From the NCBI RefSeq assembly GCF_017876815.1, contig NZ_JAGIOS010000003.1:690001-722000 (forward strand): a stretch of DNA of 32,000 nucleotides, given 5' to 3'. Shown here one piece after another: positions 8,370 through 17,414 of this stretch; the first letter of the stretch is position 1, and every line of letters begins with the position of its first letter. The position numbers and the translations under genes are program-made. Source of the stretch: Sinorhizobium meliloti. Its GTDB lineage: Bacteria; Pseudomonadota; Alphaproteobacteria; Rhizobiales; Rhizobiaceae. The notes beneath the pieces are model-generated. The model did no database searches. It worked only from the letters and a program-made list of their open reading frames with translations, and was not told the DNA's origin.

Positions 8370-9344
8370 CTAGACTGGACGGGAGGCCGGACCTGGATTT
8401 GGAACCTCAACGTGCCACGTGATGTCAGAAAACGACGAGCTTATGATGGTGCCCCGCTCAGCACGCACCATCGCTGGAATGTCAGCCAATGCACCTATCG
8501 CGGCATCGTGGCCCGTTGCATTGACAAAATGACAGGCGGCCTCGACCTTCGGTCCCATAGACCCGGCAGGAAACGAGAACTCGCCTAGCCGCTGGGGATT
8601 CGTCTTGAAGATTGCCTTCCGTTCCGGGGTTCCCCATCCGGTAAATACAGCTTCTGCGTCGGTCGCCAATATGAGCAGGTCTGCTTCAATATCCCGGGCA
8701 AGAAGGGCCGAGCAGAGATCCTTGTCGATAACCGCTTCCACGCCAATCAGTGTCCGTTCCTTTCCCCGCTCATACATTGTCGGAATTCCGCCACCGCCGG
8801 CACAGATGACAACAGCACCTTTGTCGAGAAGCCATTGGATAGGGCGAAGCTCGAAGATACGCCTGGGAATCGGCGACGCTACCACGCGACGCCATTTATT
8901 CCCGTCCTGCTTGAATACCCATCCTTTTTGCTGATGAAGCTCTCCCGCCTCGCTTGCGTCGTAAACTGGGCCAACAAACTTGGTGGGATTCTGAAATCCG
9001 GGGTCGTTGCCGTCGACCTCAACCATCGTGAGGATTGTTGCCAGCGGCACCTCGAAAGGAAGGACGTTTCCAAGTTCCTGCTCCAGCATGTAGCCGATCA
9101 TGCCCTCGGTTTCGGCTCCAAGTATATCGAGCGGATAGGCCTCCTCGGGCTTGTATGCCGATCCCTGCAGGGCTAATAGCCCGACCTGCGGTCCATTGCC
9201 GTGAGTAACCACTATCTGATGCTCGGCGGCGATCGGCGCTATAGCCTCGGCCGCTATCTTGATGTTCTGACGTTGTACTTCGGCGGTCATCGGCTCCCCT
9301 CGTTTCAGGAGGGCATTGCCACCTAAGGCGATCACGACGCGCAT
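8370..9344 (-). CDS. arcC: Carbamate kinase
   Basis: [24 protein letters not shown]...[11 protein letters not shown] is the carbamate kinase N-terminal signature. The start is 2 nt after the arcB stop, with GGGAGA as SD. Confidence 0.95.
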   Translation of the reverse strand: MRVVIALGGNALLKRGEPMTAEVQRQNIKIAAEAIAPIAAEHQIVVTHGNGPQVGLLALQGSAYKPEEAYPLDILGAETEGMIGYMLEQELGNVLPFEVPLATILTMVEVDGNDPGFQNPTKFVGPVYDASEAGELHQQKGWVFKQDGNKWRRVVASPIPRRIFELRPIQWLLDKGAVVICAGGGGIPTMYERGKERTLIGVEAVIDKDLCSALLARDIEADLLILATDAEAVFTGWGTPERKAIFKTNPQRLGEFSFPAGSMGPKVEAACHFVNATGHDAAIGALADIPAMVRAERGTIISSSFSDITWHVEVPNPGPASRPV

Positions 9345-9346
9345 AG

Positions 9347-10351
9347 TCAGTCTCCCAGGGTTGCAACCAGCAGTGCCTTGATCGTATGCATGCGATTCTC
9401 GGCCTGTTCGAATGCTATGTTGGCTTGCGACTCGAACACTTCGTCAGTGACCTCAAGACCGTCCGACATGCCGTAGTCATCGGAAATCTGCTTTCCGATA
9501 GTGGTCTCGGTATCGTGGTAGGCCGGGAGGCAATGCATGAACTTAGTTTGCGGGTTGCCACTTGCGGCCATCAACTCGGCATTGACCTGATAGGGCGTAA
9601 GCAACTGAATGCGTTCTTTCCAGACCTCTTTCGGCTCACCCATCGAAACCCAGACGTCCGTGTGAATGAAGTCAACTCCCTCCACTGCTTCCCTCGGATT
9701 GTCCGTGATCATGAGGCGCGCGCCAGACTGAGCCTTAAGTCCTTTCGCGATAGTCTGATATTCTTCTGACGGCCACAGAGATCGAGGACCGCATATGCGC
9801 ACATCCATCCCCATTAAACAGCCGACAATGAGCAGAGAATGACCCATGTTAGAACGGGTGTCGCCGATATAGGCGTATTTGATTTCGCTGATCGGCTTGT
9901 CGCTATGCTCGCGCATAGTCATAACGTCGGCGATCATCTGCGTGGGATGATACTCGTCGGTGAGGCCATTGTAGACCGGCACACCCGCATATTTCGCGAG
10001 AGTCTCTACACCGGCTTGTGAGGCGCCGCGGTATTCGATGGCGTCGTACATGCGGCCTAGTACGCGGGCGGTGTCCTTGAAAGACTCCTTGTGCCCGATC
10101 TGCGAGCCGGCAGGGTCAAGATAGGTAACATTAGCGCCTTGATCCGAACAGGCAACTTCGAATGCGCATCTTGTACGCGTTGATGTCTTTTCGAAGATCA
10201 GGCAGATTTCCTTGCCTTTCAAGTGTTCTTGTTCGGTCCGCGCATATTTCGCGCGCTTCAGATCGCGGGCGAGATCTACGAGGTAACGAAACTCCCGCGG
10301 TGTGTAGTCCTGCACGGTCAGAAGCGATCGATTTCGGAGATTAAAACTCAT
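9347..10351 (-). CDS. arcB: Ornithine carbamoyltransferase (catabolic, by operon context)
   Basis: [32 protein letters not shown]...[15 protein letters not shown] (the STRTR carbamoyl-phosphate motif), HCLP near the C-terminus, 334 aa. It lies between arcA and arcC. Confidence 0.95.
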   Translation of the reverse strand: MSFNLRNRSLLTVQDYTPREFRYLVDLARDLKRAKYARTEQEHLKGKEICLIFEKTSTRTRCAFEVACSDQGANVTYLDPAGSQIGHKESFKDTARVLGRMYDAIEYRGASQAGVETLAKYAGVPVYNGLTDEYHPTQMIADVMTMREHSDKPISEIKYAYIGDTRSNMGHSLLIVGCLMGMDVRICGPRSLWPSEEYQTIAKGLKAQSGARLMITDNPREAVEGVDFIHTDVWVSMGEPKEVWKERIQLLTPYQVNAELMAASGNPQTKFMHCLPAYHDTETTIGKQISDDYGMSDGLEVTDEVFESQANIAFEQAENRMHTIKALLVATLGD

Positions 10352-10387
10352 GGTGTTGCTCCAATTGCTGAAATTCCGTTTGCAAAG

Positions 10388-11617
10388 TCAGTCAGCCGGC
10401 TCTCGCCAGATCGGACAGGTCATGCAATGACCGCCGCCGCGTCCTCGGCCCAATTCGGCGCCGCGGATCGTGATGACCTCGATACCTGCCTTGCGCAGCA
10501 GGGTGTTGGTATACGTGTTCCGATCGTAGGCAACGACAACGCCCGGTTCGAGGGCAACGACATTGTTTCCGTCGTCCCATTGTTCGCGCTCAGCCTCATA
10601 GGCGTTTCCACCGGTGGCGATGGTTCGAAGCTTGTCGATGCCCAATGCTTCGCTGACAACTTCGAGCATGGGTCGGTCTTCCTGCAGCACCTCGAAGTTT
10701 CCCTGGTCGTCGAGCGGGAAAAGGCTGTAACAACGGATCTGATCTACAACGTCGGCGAAGAGCGTCACCACGTCGCGATCGCAGAATGTGAATACCGTGT
10801 CGAGGTGCATCGCCGCCCGGCTCTTCGGCATCAGGCAACCGATGACGCGAGTAGCGGCGCCGGCCTTGAACAACGCCTTGGCAACCTGGCCCACCGCCTG
10901 GTAGGTGGTCCGCTCACCCATTCCCACCAGCAGGATACCGTTGCCGATGGGCATGACGTCGCCGCCTTCCATCGTGGCATTGGCAAACTGCTCGTCGGAG
11001 TCGCCCCACCAAATGTCGAAGGCCGCGCCCTTGAAGGATGGATGAAACTTGTAGACCGCCCTTTGAATCAGGGTTTCCGCGCGCCGTGCCGGCCAGAACA
11101 TTGGGTTGCACGTTACTCCGTTATAGATCCAGCAGGACGGATCGCGCTGAAACAATGTGTTGGGTATCGGAGGGACGACGAACTCGGTGGAGTGGAAGGC
11201 AGATGCCATGAGAGCCTTGCCCTGTCCTTCGGGAAGGTCTGCAATAGAGATCCCACCGATTAGGAAGGCAGCCAGCCGCCTGGAGTCCATTTCCTCCATC
11301 CAAGGACGCATAAGCTCGGCGATCTGGGATCCCATGACGTTCGGGGCGACCCGGCGATCAAGCACGAACTTGCGCGCTTCGGCATCCATGAGGGTGTCGG
11401 TTAGAAGGTCGTGCAACTCAAGGACCTCCACACCTCGTTCCTGCATTTTCAGAACGAAATCGTAATGGTCCTTCTGCGCCTCCTGCACCCAGACGACATC
11501 GTCGAAAAGCAAGTCGTGACAATTACCCGGCGTCAGTCGTTGATGAGCCAAGGAAGGTCTGCAGACCATCACCGTTCTAAGCTTACCGACTTCCGAATAG
11601 ACACCGACAGTACGCAT
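10388..11617 (-). CDS. arcA: Arginine deiminase
   Basis: ORF 10388..11638. [27 protein letters not shown] is the ADI N-terminal signature, and the C-terminal GGGHCMTCP carries the catalytic Cys. Start taken at ATG 11617, 6 nt after AAGGAG. Confidence 0.95.
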   Translation of the reverse strand: MRTVGVYSEVGKLRTVMVCRPSLAHQRLTPGNCHDLLFDDVVWVQEAQKDHYDFVLKMQERGVEVLELHDLLTDTLMDAEARKFVLDRRVAPNVMGSQIAELMRPWMEEMDSRRLAAFLIGGISIADLPEGQGKALMASAFHSTEFVVPPIPNTLFQRDPSCWIYNGVTCNPMFWPARRAETLIQRAVYKFHPSFKGAAFDIWWGDSDEQFANATMEGGDVMPIGNGILLVGMGERTTYQAVGQVAKALFKAGAATRVIGCLMPKSRAAMHLDTVFTFCDRDVVTLFADVVDQIRCYSLFPLDDQGNFEVLQEDRPMLEVVSEALGIDKLRTIATGGNAYEAEREQWDDGNNVVALEPGVVVAYDRNTYTNTLLRKAGIEVITIRGAELGRGRGGGHCMTCPIWREPAD

Positions 11618-11801
11618 TGGCATCTCCTTCCGCGACACTCAGACTCGCCTGCGTTGGTCGAAATTCGGCGAAAGTCGGACTGGACGGTCATCCCGGCGCT
11701 TGGGGAAGAGCATTTTGGCCAGAGCCAAACAGTTCTGCAGCCTGTGGATGCCCCCTCAGTATTCGCTGCGGATAGAATAGCTCTTTGCGCAAGCGCCGGC
11801 A

Positions 11802-11815
11802 TTGATCAGGAACAA
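11802..11815 (-). promoter_or_regulatory. Near-consensus FNR/FixK-type box TTGATCAGGAACAA
   Basis: Matches TTGAT-N4-ATCAA at 9 of 10 positions. The centre is about 191 nt upstream of the arcA ATG. It shares the TTGATCAGGA half with the box at 18458. Confidence 0.45.
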
Positions 11816-11910
11816 TTCTCCCGAAAATGTAACTTCGCCGTGCGATCAACTGCTCGCATGCACATTCGCGCCAAAGCAGCCCCAACATTACGGCGGTTTT
11901 TTTGTCGTTC

Positions 11911-11924
11911 TTGACCACGATCAA
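11911..11924. promoter_or_regulatory. FNR/FixK-type anaerobox TTGACCACGATCAA
   Basis: Perfect TTGA-N6-TCAA palindrome. The centre is about 70 nt upstream of ATG 11988 (plus strand) and about 300 nt upstream of arcA (minus strand). It is flanked by the direct repeat TTGTCGTTC (11902-11910 and 11929-11937). Confidence 0.6.
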
Positions 11925-11987
11925 CGACTTGTCGTTCGAGACTAACTAAAAATGGGTTTGCGCCAATTGCAGCGAAGGAATCAGAAA

Positions 11988-12245
11988 ATGAGCACGATTC
12001 CAATCATCCGGGCGATGATGGTAGCCTTCTGTTTATTCCTGGGCGCCGCCGTGCCAGCGGCTGCAGACGAGTATTATGAAGGCATCGACATCAACCAACG
12101 CCAAATCGACGGAAAAAGACAGCCCATTAATACTTACCTACTGAAGCGTAGGGCCGCCGCCCAGAAACCGCCTCCATCAACTACGGGCTCCGTGCCAAAG
12201 CCGGCCCCAGCAGCGCGCGCACCGACAGCCACCGTTCGCCCGTAA
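11988..12245 (+). CDS. Small exported protein, Pro/Ala-rich C-terminus (hypothetical)
   Basis: Inside ORF 11952..12245. The internal ATG 11988 gives MSTIPIIRAMMVAFCLFLGAAVPAAA-DEYYEG, a plausible Sec signal peptide. The FixK-type box is at a suitable distance upstream. Confidence 0.55.
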   Translation: MSTIPIIRAMMVAFCLFLGAAVPAAADEYYEGIDINQRQIDGKRQPINTYLLKRRAAAQKPPPSTTGSVPKPAPAARAPTATVRP

Positions 12246-12465
12246 CCTGGTGCAGATTGCAGAGAGCCCGCCACCGCGGATCAGGTCTGACGCTGCAATC
12301 GCGGACCGGGCTCGCATAGCCCGATGTCTCGCCGCTCCATCTGTCAGGAAAGAAAGATGAGGGGGTGCGCTTCGGCGCGGCGCATTCGAAGCCGAGATCG
12401 CGGCCGTATTGACGTAAGCACGATCTTGATAATCGCGAAAGGCCCGGCCCCTGGGAGGCGGAAAG

Positions 12466-13863
12466 ATGATGAGAGGGACGACCCTTGCACTTGCGGGCGC
12501 AATGACGCTCATGCTGTCGATGCAAGTCAGCGGCTCACTTGCACAAGAACCTACGAAAGCTGCAACCGGTACCGTGTCAACCCCGGAGCCGTTGACTGAC
12601 GACGAACTGGAGGTCCTGGTGGCGCGGATCGCGCTTTACCCGGACGAGTTGGTTGCGCTGATTTCAGCCGTGTCGCTATACCCCTTACAGATCGTTGAGG
12701 CGGAGCGGTTTCTTGAGAACCACAAAAAGAAGCCAGACCTCAAGCCGAAGGAAAGCTGGGATGGCAGCGTAATTTCGCTGCTGAACTATCCCGACGTCGT
12801 CAAGATGATGAGTGACGACCTTGAATGGACGCAGGCCTTCGGTCAGGCAGTCGCCTATCAGCAGAAGGACGTGCTGATTGCGATCCAGCAGTTGCGCGAC
12901 GAAGCGGTAGCCAAGGACATTATCAAGTCGGACGACAAGATGATGTTGGTCCAGGAGGGCGACAACATCATCATCCAGTCGGCGAATCCGGAGACTATCT
13001 ACGTGCCGCAATATCCTCCGGAAATGCTGTACGAGCCGGATTACGCGCCGGTGCCCATCGACTACTATGACACGCCCTATCCCTCCTATTACTACCCAGG
13101 CGCAGCCTTTTTTGCCGGGGCGGTCACCGGCGCGGTCTTCGGCGCTATCGTCGACTGGGACGACTGGGGGGTCTGGGGCGGAGACTGGGGCGGCGACATT
13201 GATGTGGACTGCGACAATTGCTTCAACAACGTCGATATAGACGGCAAGGTCAAGTGGAACGACATCGATTGGAAAAATGTCGACCGCAGCAAGCTGACGT
13301 TCGATCGCGACCAGCTCCAGAAGTTGGACAGGACGAACTTAAAAAACAATATCAAGGCGAACGGCGAAAACAACATCCGCAACCGCGCTACCGAGATCAA
13401 TCGCGATCGGTTAAAGTCGGGACCGGGCGGTGGCGCCAGCCAAATAAAGGACGTGCGCAAGAGCACGCTCGAGGGCCTGAAGGCGCAGCCGAGACGAGAC
13501 GCCGCGGCACGTCCCACCGCAAAGCCCGGCGGCGGACAGGCGGTGGCAAAGGCGAAATCCAGCGGCGCGAAAGCTGGTGTCAACCGCCCCAAGGGCAAGA
13601 AGTCCTCGGCCAATCGGCCAGCAGGCAAGAAGAAGATGGCTTCCAAGGCGCAGAACAGGCCGAAAAAACCGTCCGGGCTGGGCAACGTCAACTCCGGCCG
13701 GCGGGAGGTGTCTGCCTCACGGCGCGGCGGCCACAGCATGGGCGGCGGGCAACGAGGCGGCGGGCGGCCGCAGATGAGTCGCGGCGGCGGCCGGCCGCCG
13801 ATGGGAGGGGCCGGACGTGGTGGTGGACGCGGGGGTGGCGGACGCGGCGGAGGCAGGCGCTGA
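12466..13863 (+). CDS. DUF3300 domain-containing exported protein with an RGG-rich C-terminal tail
   Basis: GGAGG 7 nt upstream of ATG 12466 and a signal peptide MMRGTTLALAGAMTLMLSMQVSGSLAQ. The DUF3300 hallmark is LVARIALYPDELVALISAVSLYPLQIVEAERF. The middle is Tyr/Trp/Asp-rich and includes a hydrophobic stretch AAFFAGAVTGAVFGAIV. The last ~150 aa are basic and low-complexity. Confidence 0.85.
   Translation: MMRGTTLALAGAMTLMLSMQVSGSLAQEPTKAATGTVSTPEPLTDDELEVLVARIALYPDELVALISAVSLYPLQIVEAERFLENHKKKPDLKPKESWDGSVISLLNYPDVVKMMSDDLEWTQAFGQAVAYQQKDVLIAIQQLRDEAVAKDIIKSDDKMMLVQEGDNIIIQSANPETIYVPQYPPEMLYEPDYAPVPIDYYDTPYPSYYYPGAAFFAGAVTGAVFGAIVDWDDWGVWGGDWGGDIDVDCDNCFNNVDIDGKVKWNDIDWKNVDRSKLTFDRDQLQKLDRTNLKNNIKANGENNIRNRATEINRDRLKSGPGGGASQIKDVRKSTLEGLKAQPRRDAAARPTAKPGGGQAVAKAKSSGAKAGVNRPKGKKSSANRPAGKKKMASKAQNRPKKPSGLGNVNSGRREVSASRRGGHSMGGGQRGGGRPQMSRGGGRPPMGGAGRGGGRGGGGRGGGRR
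13720..13860 (+). repeat. GGC/CGG-rich low-complexity coding repeat (RGG/GGR tail)
   Basis: Encodes RRGGHSMGGGQRGGGRPQMSRGGGRPPMGGAGRGGGRGGGGRGGGRR. The same DNA produces long spurious ORFs in other frames (13092..13901 minus, 13218.. plus). Confidence 0.7.
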
Positions 13864-13883
13864 ACGGTTACGGGAGACAGACC

Positions 13884-14834
13884 ATGATCAAGTTCTTGCA
13901 CACACTTCTCCTGGGATCGGCGATCTCACTTGCGCCCGTCGTTGGCCCGATGGACGCATCTCTCGCTCAGACACAGGATTTGGCAGACCTGGACGATTAT
14001 GCTGCCGCGGAAGAGCCCCCGATGTTCGACGACCCGTCGAAGGCGGTGGAAGCATTTAAGTCGGTCCTTGCCGCCAACGACTTCGACGGGCTTGCACGAC
14101 TTCTGGGGCTGAACGCCGCAAAACTGAAGACGGGCGAAGGAGCGATGGAGACCTTCAATCTGGTTCGCGAGGGTGCGGCCCGCAACGTTGTCGTGCGCGA
14201 TCTTGACGGTCGCAAGATCATCGTCATCGGCGACCGGCTCTGGCCACTGCCGTTTCCTATCGTCAAGGACGAGGCCGGCAAATGGGCTTTCGATACCTAT
14301 GTCGGGCTCGAGGAGATCGTCAACCGACGCGTTGGCGAGAACGAATTGGAGGCGATCGAGACGGCGCGCGCCTATATCGAAGCACAGAAGGACTATGTAT
14401 CGCAGGACCGCGATGGGGACGGAGTTTTCGAATACGCACAGAAGCTGATCAGCAGCCCAGGCCAGACGGATGGGCTTTACTGGCCGGCAGATCAGGGGAA
14501 TGGCGAAAGCCCGGTCGGTGAGGCCATCAGCGAGGCGGCGCTAGAGAAGGCAAGGACTGGAGAGGGCTATTTCGGATACCGCTTCCGCGTCCTGACCTCT
14601 CAAGGTGAGAATATCGCCGGCGGCAAGTACGATTACACCATCAACGGCAACATGATCGCCGGCTTCGCGCTGATCACCTGGCCGGTCAAGTATGCCGAAA
14701 CGGGGGTCAAGACCTTCGTTATCAATCAACAGGGCATCGTCTATGAACGAGACCTTGGTCCGAGCACCGAGGAAATCGTGCCATTCATAGATCGTTTCGA
14801 TCCGGATGAAAAATGGAGCGTGGTTACCGACTAG
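13884..14834 (+). CDS. DUF2950 domain-containing exported protein
   Basis: Internal ATG 13884 of ORF 13218..14834 (MIKFLHTLLLGSAISLAPVVGPMDASLAQ, a signal peptide), 20 nt after the DUF3300 stop. The C-terminal pattern GYFGYRFRVLTSQGENIAGGKYDYTINGNMIAGFALITWPVKYAETGVKTFVINQQGIVYERDLG is as I remember the DUF2950 family. Confidence 0.85.
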   Translation: MIKFLHTLLLGSAISLAPVVGPMDASLAQTQDLADLDDYAAAEEPPMFDDPSKAVEAFKSVLAANDFDGLARLLGLNAAKLKTGEGAMETFNLVREGAARNVVVRDLDGRKIIVIGDRLWPLPFPIVKDEAGKWAFDTYVGLEEIVNRRVGENELEAIETARAYIEAQKDYVSQDRDGDGVFEYAQKLISSPGQTDGLYWPADQGNGESPVGEAISEAALEKARTGEGYFGYRFRVLTSQGENIAGGKYDYTINGNMIAGFALITWPVKYAETGVKTFVINQQGIVYERDLGPSTEEIVPFIDRFDPDEKWSVVTD

Positions 14835-15048
14835 ATCACGATGATTTAGATCCATTAAGCATACCGCACATTCAATGAAGCTCGTTGGATCGGCGCCGCG
14901 CTCGCGCTGGAAGACGCACATCTTATTGCCCCCCGGGCAGACGGCAGGCAAGCACGGGTGTCTGGCTCGGCTAGATCCAAGATTTCATACCCGCCATTAG
15001 AAACAGCCTGGCCGTACCGGCACGGCTGAAACAAGGAGGAATAATGTT

Positions 15049-15555
15049 ATGAAGCTAACCCCAAAAACACGGATCGTAGCTGCGACGGCAGTGAGTCTTC
15101 TCTGCAGTGGAACGGTGGTTCAGGCACAGGACATGAAGAAGTACGGCACCGCGGCAGGCTGGGATATCATTGTGAGAGGGGACATGGGCCCCGGCTGCCT
15201 CATCGCGAAGAAGTTGGGTGATGATATGCAGGTTCTGATGGGCATAGACGAGACGACCGGCAGACGCGGCTACATGGCACTCTACACAAAGTTGGCGGCA
15301 AACGTTGGCAGTGGTGAGAAACGCTCCGTAATATTCGACGTTGACGGCCAGAAATTCAGCGGGGAGGCAACCGGTCAGCAGCTGGAGGGATTCGATGGAG
15401 CTTACGTTTGGGTCAACAATCCAGACTTCATCTACGATCTTGCCAAGATGAAGACGCTGACGATCACGCCGGAAGGGCGCAAGCCTTTTGCGCTAAGCCT
15501 TGCCGGAACCGACGCTGCAATGCAGGCCATGCGCGCCTGCCAGGAGGCTAACTAA
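15049..15555 (+). CDS. Exported hypothetical protein (168 aa, two Cys)
   Basis: Strong SD AAGGAGGA upstream of ATG 15049 and a signal peptide MKLTPKTRIVAATAVSLLCSGTVVQAQ. Non-repetitive globular composition; no family assigned with confidence. Confidence 0.8.
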   Translation: MKLTPKTRIVAATAVSLLCSGTVVQAQDMKKYGTAAGWDIIVRGDMGPGCLIAKKLGDDMQVLMGIDETTGRRGYMALYTKLAANVGSGEKRSVIFDVDGQKFSGEATGQQLEGFDGAYVWVNNPDFIYDLAKMKTLTITPEGRKPFALSLAGTDAAMQAMRACQEAN

Positions 15556-15578
15556 GTAGGTATCGCCTGCGCGCACAC

Positions 15579-15592
15579 TTGACTGCGATCAA
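15579..15592. promoter_or_regulatory. FNR/FixK-type anaerobox TTGACTGCGATCAA
   Basis: Perfect TTGA-N6-TCAA palindrome, starting 23 nt after the stop of the 15049..15555 gene. It sits at the start of a 397-bp region with no credible ORF, and its centre is about 367 nt upstream of the antiporter ATG 15953. Confidence 0.5.
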
Positions 15593-15952
15593 TGCGAGAG
15601 GATCCATGGAGTGGCATGCTCTGCACGCGGTAGAGCAATGCATGCGCGCGGTTTGCGCCGTCGCCTGGAGGGGAGCATGGCACCGATACAGGTTGGTCCC
15701 GGCCGTGCGTGTCGGTGTCGAGTGCTCTAAGCGACGTTGACGCAGGCTGTTGCCGCATCGAGCGTTGTCGATCTCAGATACGCTGCTGAATTGGTACCTT
15801 CGTTCACCTTGATCGGCGATCGAAACAGTTAAAGGAGCCGTCTCCAATATCAGATTCCAGTTTCGCCATGCTTCTCCGCGCCACACCGGCAACGCAGGTC
15901 AGCGCTCATCATTACTAACTTCCTGGGGCCCGGCGCTCGAAAGGTTGAGCAA

Positions 15953-17296
15953 ATGTCAGCACCGTCAAGTGGCAAAAGCCTGGGTCTGGCCGCCTGTACC
16001 GCCATCGTCGTCGGTAACATGGTTGGCTCCGGCTTCTACCTCTCGCCGGCGGCAGTTGCTCCCTACGGCAATCTCGCTATCGTGATTTGGATCGTGATGG
16101 GAGCGGGTGCGATCTGTCTCGGGCTGACGTTCGCACGGCTCGCAAAGCTCTCTCCGGCAGTCGGCGGGCCTTATGCATATACGCGCCTTGCCTATGGAGA
16201 CTTTCCGGGCTTTCTTATCGCTTGGGGATATTGGATTTCCATCTGGGCGTCCCTGCCCGTTATCGCCGTGGCGTTCGCCGGCGTGGTCATCGATTTTTTT
16301 CCGTTCCTCCGCGGGCGCGGAACGGCGACGCTGCTCACGTTGGGCGTGATCTGGCTTGTCGTGCTCGTCAACTTACGCGGCGTCCACGCGGCCGGGCTCT
16401 TTTCGGAAATCACCACCTACGCTAAGATGATCCCGTTCGGGGCCGTCGCGCTGCTGGGCCTGTTTTACATCGACTTCTCTCACTTTGCCGACTTCAATCC
16501 AAGCGGCCAGCCGCTCCTTCAGGCGAGCGCTGCGTTGGCGCCGCTTACCATGTTCGCCTATTTGGGGCTTGAATCTGCCACGGTGCCCGCTGGCGATGTG
16601 CGCGACGCCGAACGTACGATCCCGCGTTCAACGGTGCTTGGAATCGCCATTGCTGTAACGCTGTACGTTCTGGGCACCATTGTCGTTATGGGGTTGGTGC
16701 CGAGAGAGGAGCTCGTCCACTCGGTGGCGCCCTTCTCCGAGGCAGCAAGGAGAATGTGGGGACCGGCCGGTGAGCTAGCGATTTCTCTCGCAGTTGTCCT
16801 GTCATCAATCGGAGCGCTGAACGGCTGGACATTGCTGATGGGGCAGGTGCCAATGGCGGCGGCGCGAGACGGATTGTTTCCACCTCTGTTCAGCCGGCTC
16901 TCGGTGCGAAATGTGCCCGCCACGGGGATTGTCGTTTCGGCGACTCTGGCGACGATTCTCGTGCTCGTTCAGGCAGCCGGTTCCGAGGGCTTCTCATCCA
17001 TTTATCGTCTATTCGTCGGCTTAAGCACAATGACCGCCGTTATACCTTATGCGTTCTGCGCTCTTGCCAGCAGTCTCGTCTCCGCACGGGTTAGCGGAGG
17101 GACTGTAATACCGCGTGTAACCCTTATCGAGCTTGTTGGTTTCGCTTTTGCAATTTTCACGCTTTACGGCTGTGGTGCGGAGCCTGTTCTCTACGGGCTA
17201 TTGCTGCTGTTGCTGAGCATCCCCGTTTACATATGGCAGCGACGGCGGAGCTTCGTGCCGGGTGATGATCCTAGCCGGGGCCAGACGCCTGATTGA
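15953..17296 (+). CDS. APC-superfamily basic amino acid/polyamine antiporter (APA family, AdiC/ArcD-like)
   Basis: 447 aa and about 12 TM. Motifs shared with AdiC-type exchangers include VVGNMVGSGFYLSPA, GGPYAYTR, LGLESATVPAGDVRDAERTIPRS and ARDGLFPPLFSR. Confidence 0.9.
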   Translation: MSAPSSGKSLGLAACTAIVVGNMVGSGFYLSPAAVAPYGNLAIVIWIVMGAGAICLGLTFARLAKLSPAVGGPYAYTRLAYGDFPGFLIAWGYWISIWASLPVIAVAFAGVVIDFFPFLRGRGTATLLTLGVIWLVVLVNLRGVHAAGLFSEITTYAKMIPFGAVALLGLFYIDFSHFADFNPSGQPLLQASAALAPLTMFAYLGLESATVPAGDVRDAERTIPRSTVLGIAIAVTLYVLGTIVVMGLVPREELVHSVAPFSEAARRMWGPAGELAISLAVVLSSIGALNGWTLLMGQVPMAAARDGLFPPLFSRLSVRNVPATGIVVSATLATILVLVQAAGSEGFSSIYRLFVGLSTMTAVIPYAFCALASSLVSARVSGGTVIPRVTLIELVGFAFAIFTLYGCGAEPVLYGLLLLLLSIPVYIWQRRRSFVPGDDPSRGQTPD

Positions 17297-17414
17297 TTGC
17301 GATAACTTAGAGCGGATGGGGGTGGAAAACCGCGTGCACCTTTCCTCATCCCGCTCCGGGCAGGCAGCAGCGCCTGGTACCGGTGTGTGGTTCGTTCCGT
17401 ACCTCGAGGGCGAT

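Noticed and set aside
13218-13883. N-terminal 222 codons of the 538-aa ORF 13218..14834, which would make a very large DUF2950 fusion protein.
   Set aside because: This part lies in an alternate frame of the DUF3300 gene's basic/RGG tail and reads as Arg-rich low complexity. The signal peptide MIKFLHTLLLGS at 13884, just after the DUF3300 stop, is the natural start. The same logic was applied to the 5' extensions of ORFs 205..1554, 1047..2060, 2035..3423, 20600..23170, 25610..26881 and 26797..27555.
14856-14980. Two copies of TAGATCCA about 110 bp apart, and a short palindrome GCCGTACCGGCACGGC upstream of the 15049 gene, considered as a repeat element or operator.
   Set aside because: 8-bp repeats and a 5-bp stem are within chance expectation for a 200-bp spacer. 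There is no further symmetry and no similarity to the other intergenic regions.
15606-15740. 44-codon plus-strand ORF (MEWHALHAVEQCMRAVCAVAWRGAWHRYRLVPAVRVGVECSKRR) in the long leader region, considered as a speFL-like regulatory leader peptide.
   Set aside because: It starts upstream of the TSS predicted from the anaerobox. The SD-like GAGAGGA is only 5 nt from the ATG. The composition (Cys/Trp/Arg-rich) looks like random GC-rich translation.
17293-17306. TTGATTGCGATAAC, an Fnr-box-like sequence overlapping the antiporter stop codon and about 115 nt upstream of the CDF start.
   Set aside because: The right half-site is TAAC instead of TCAA (8/10 to TTGAT-N4-ATCAA). That is too degenerate to call without a scoring matrix or conservation data. 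TTGATCCCGGCCAA at 6470-6483 was rejected for the same reason.
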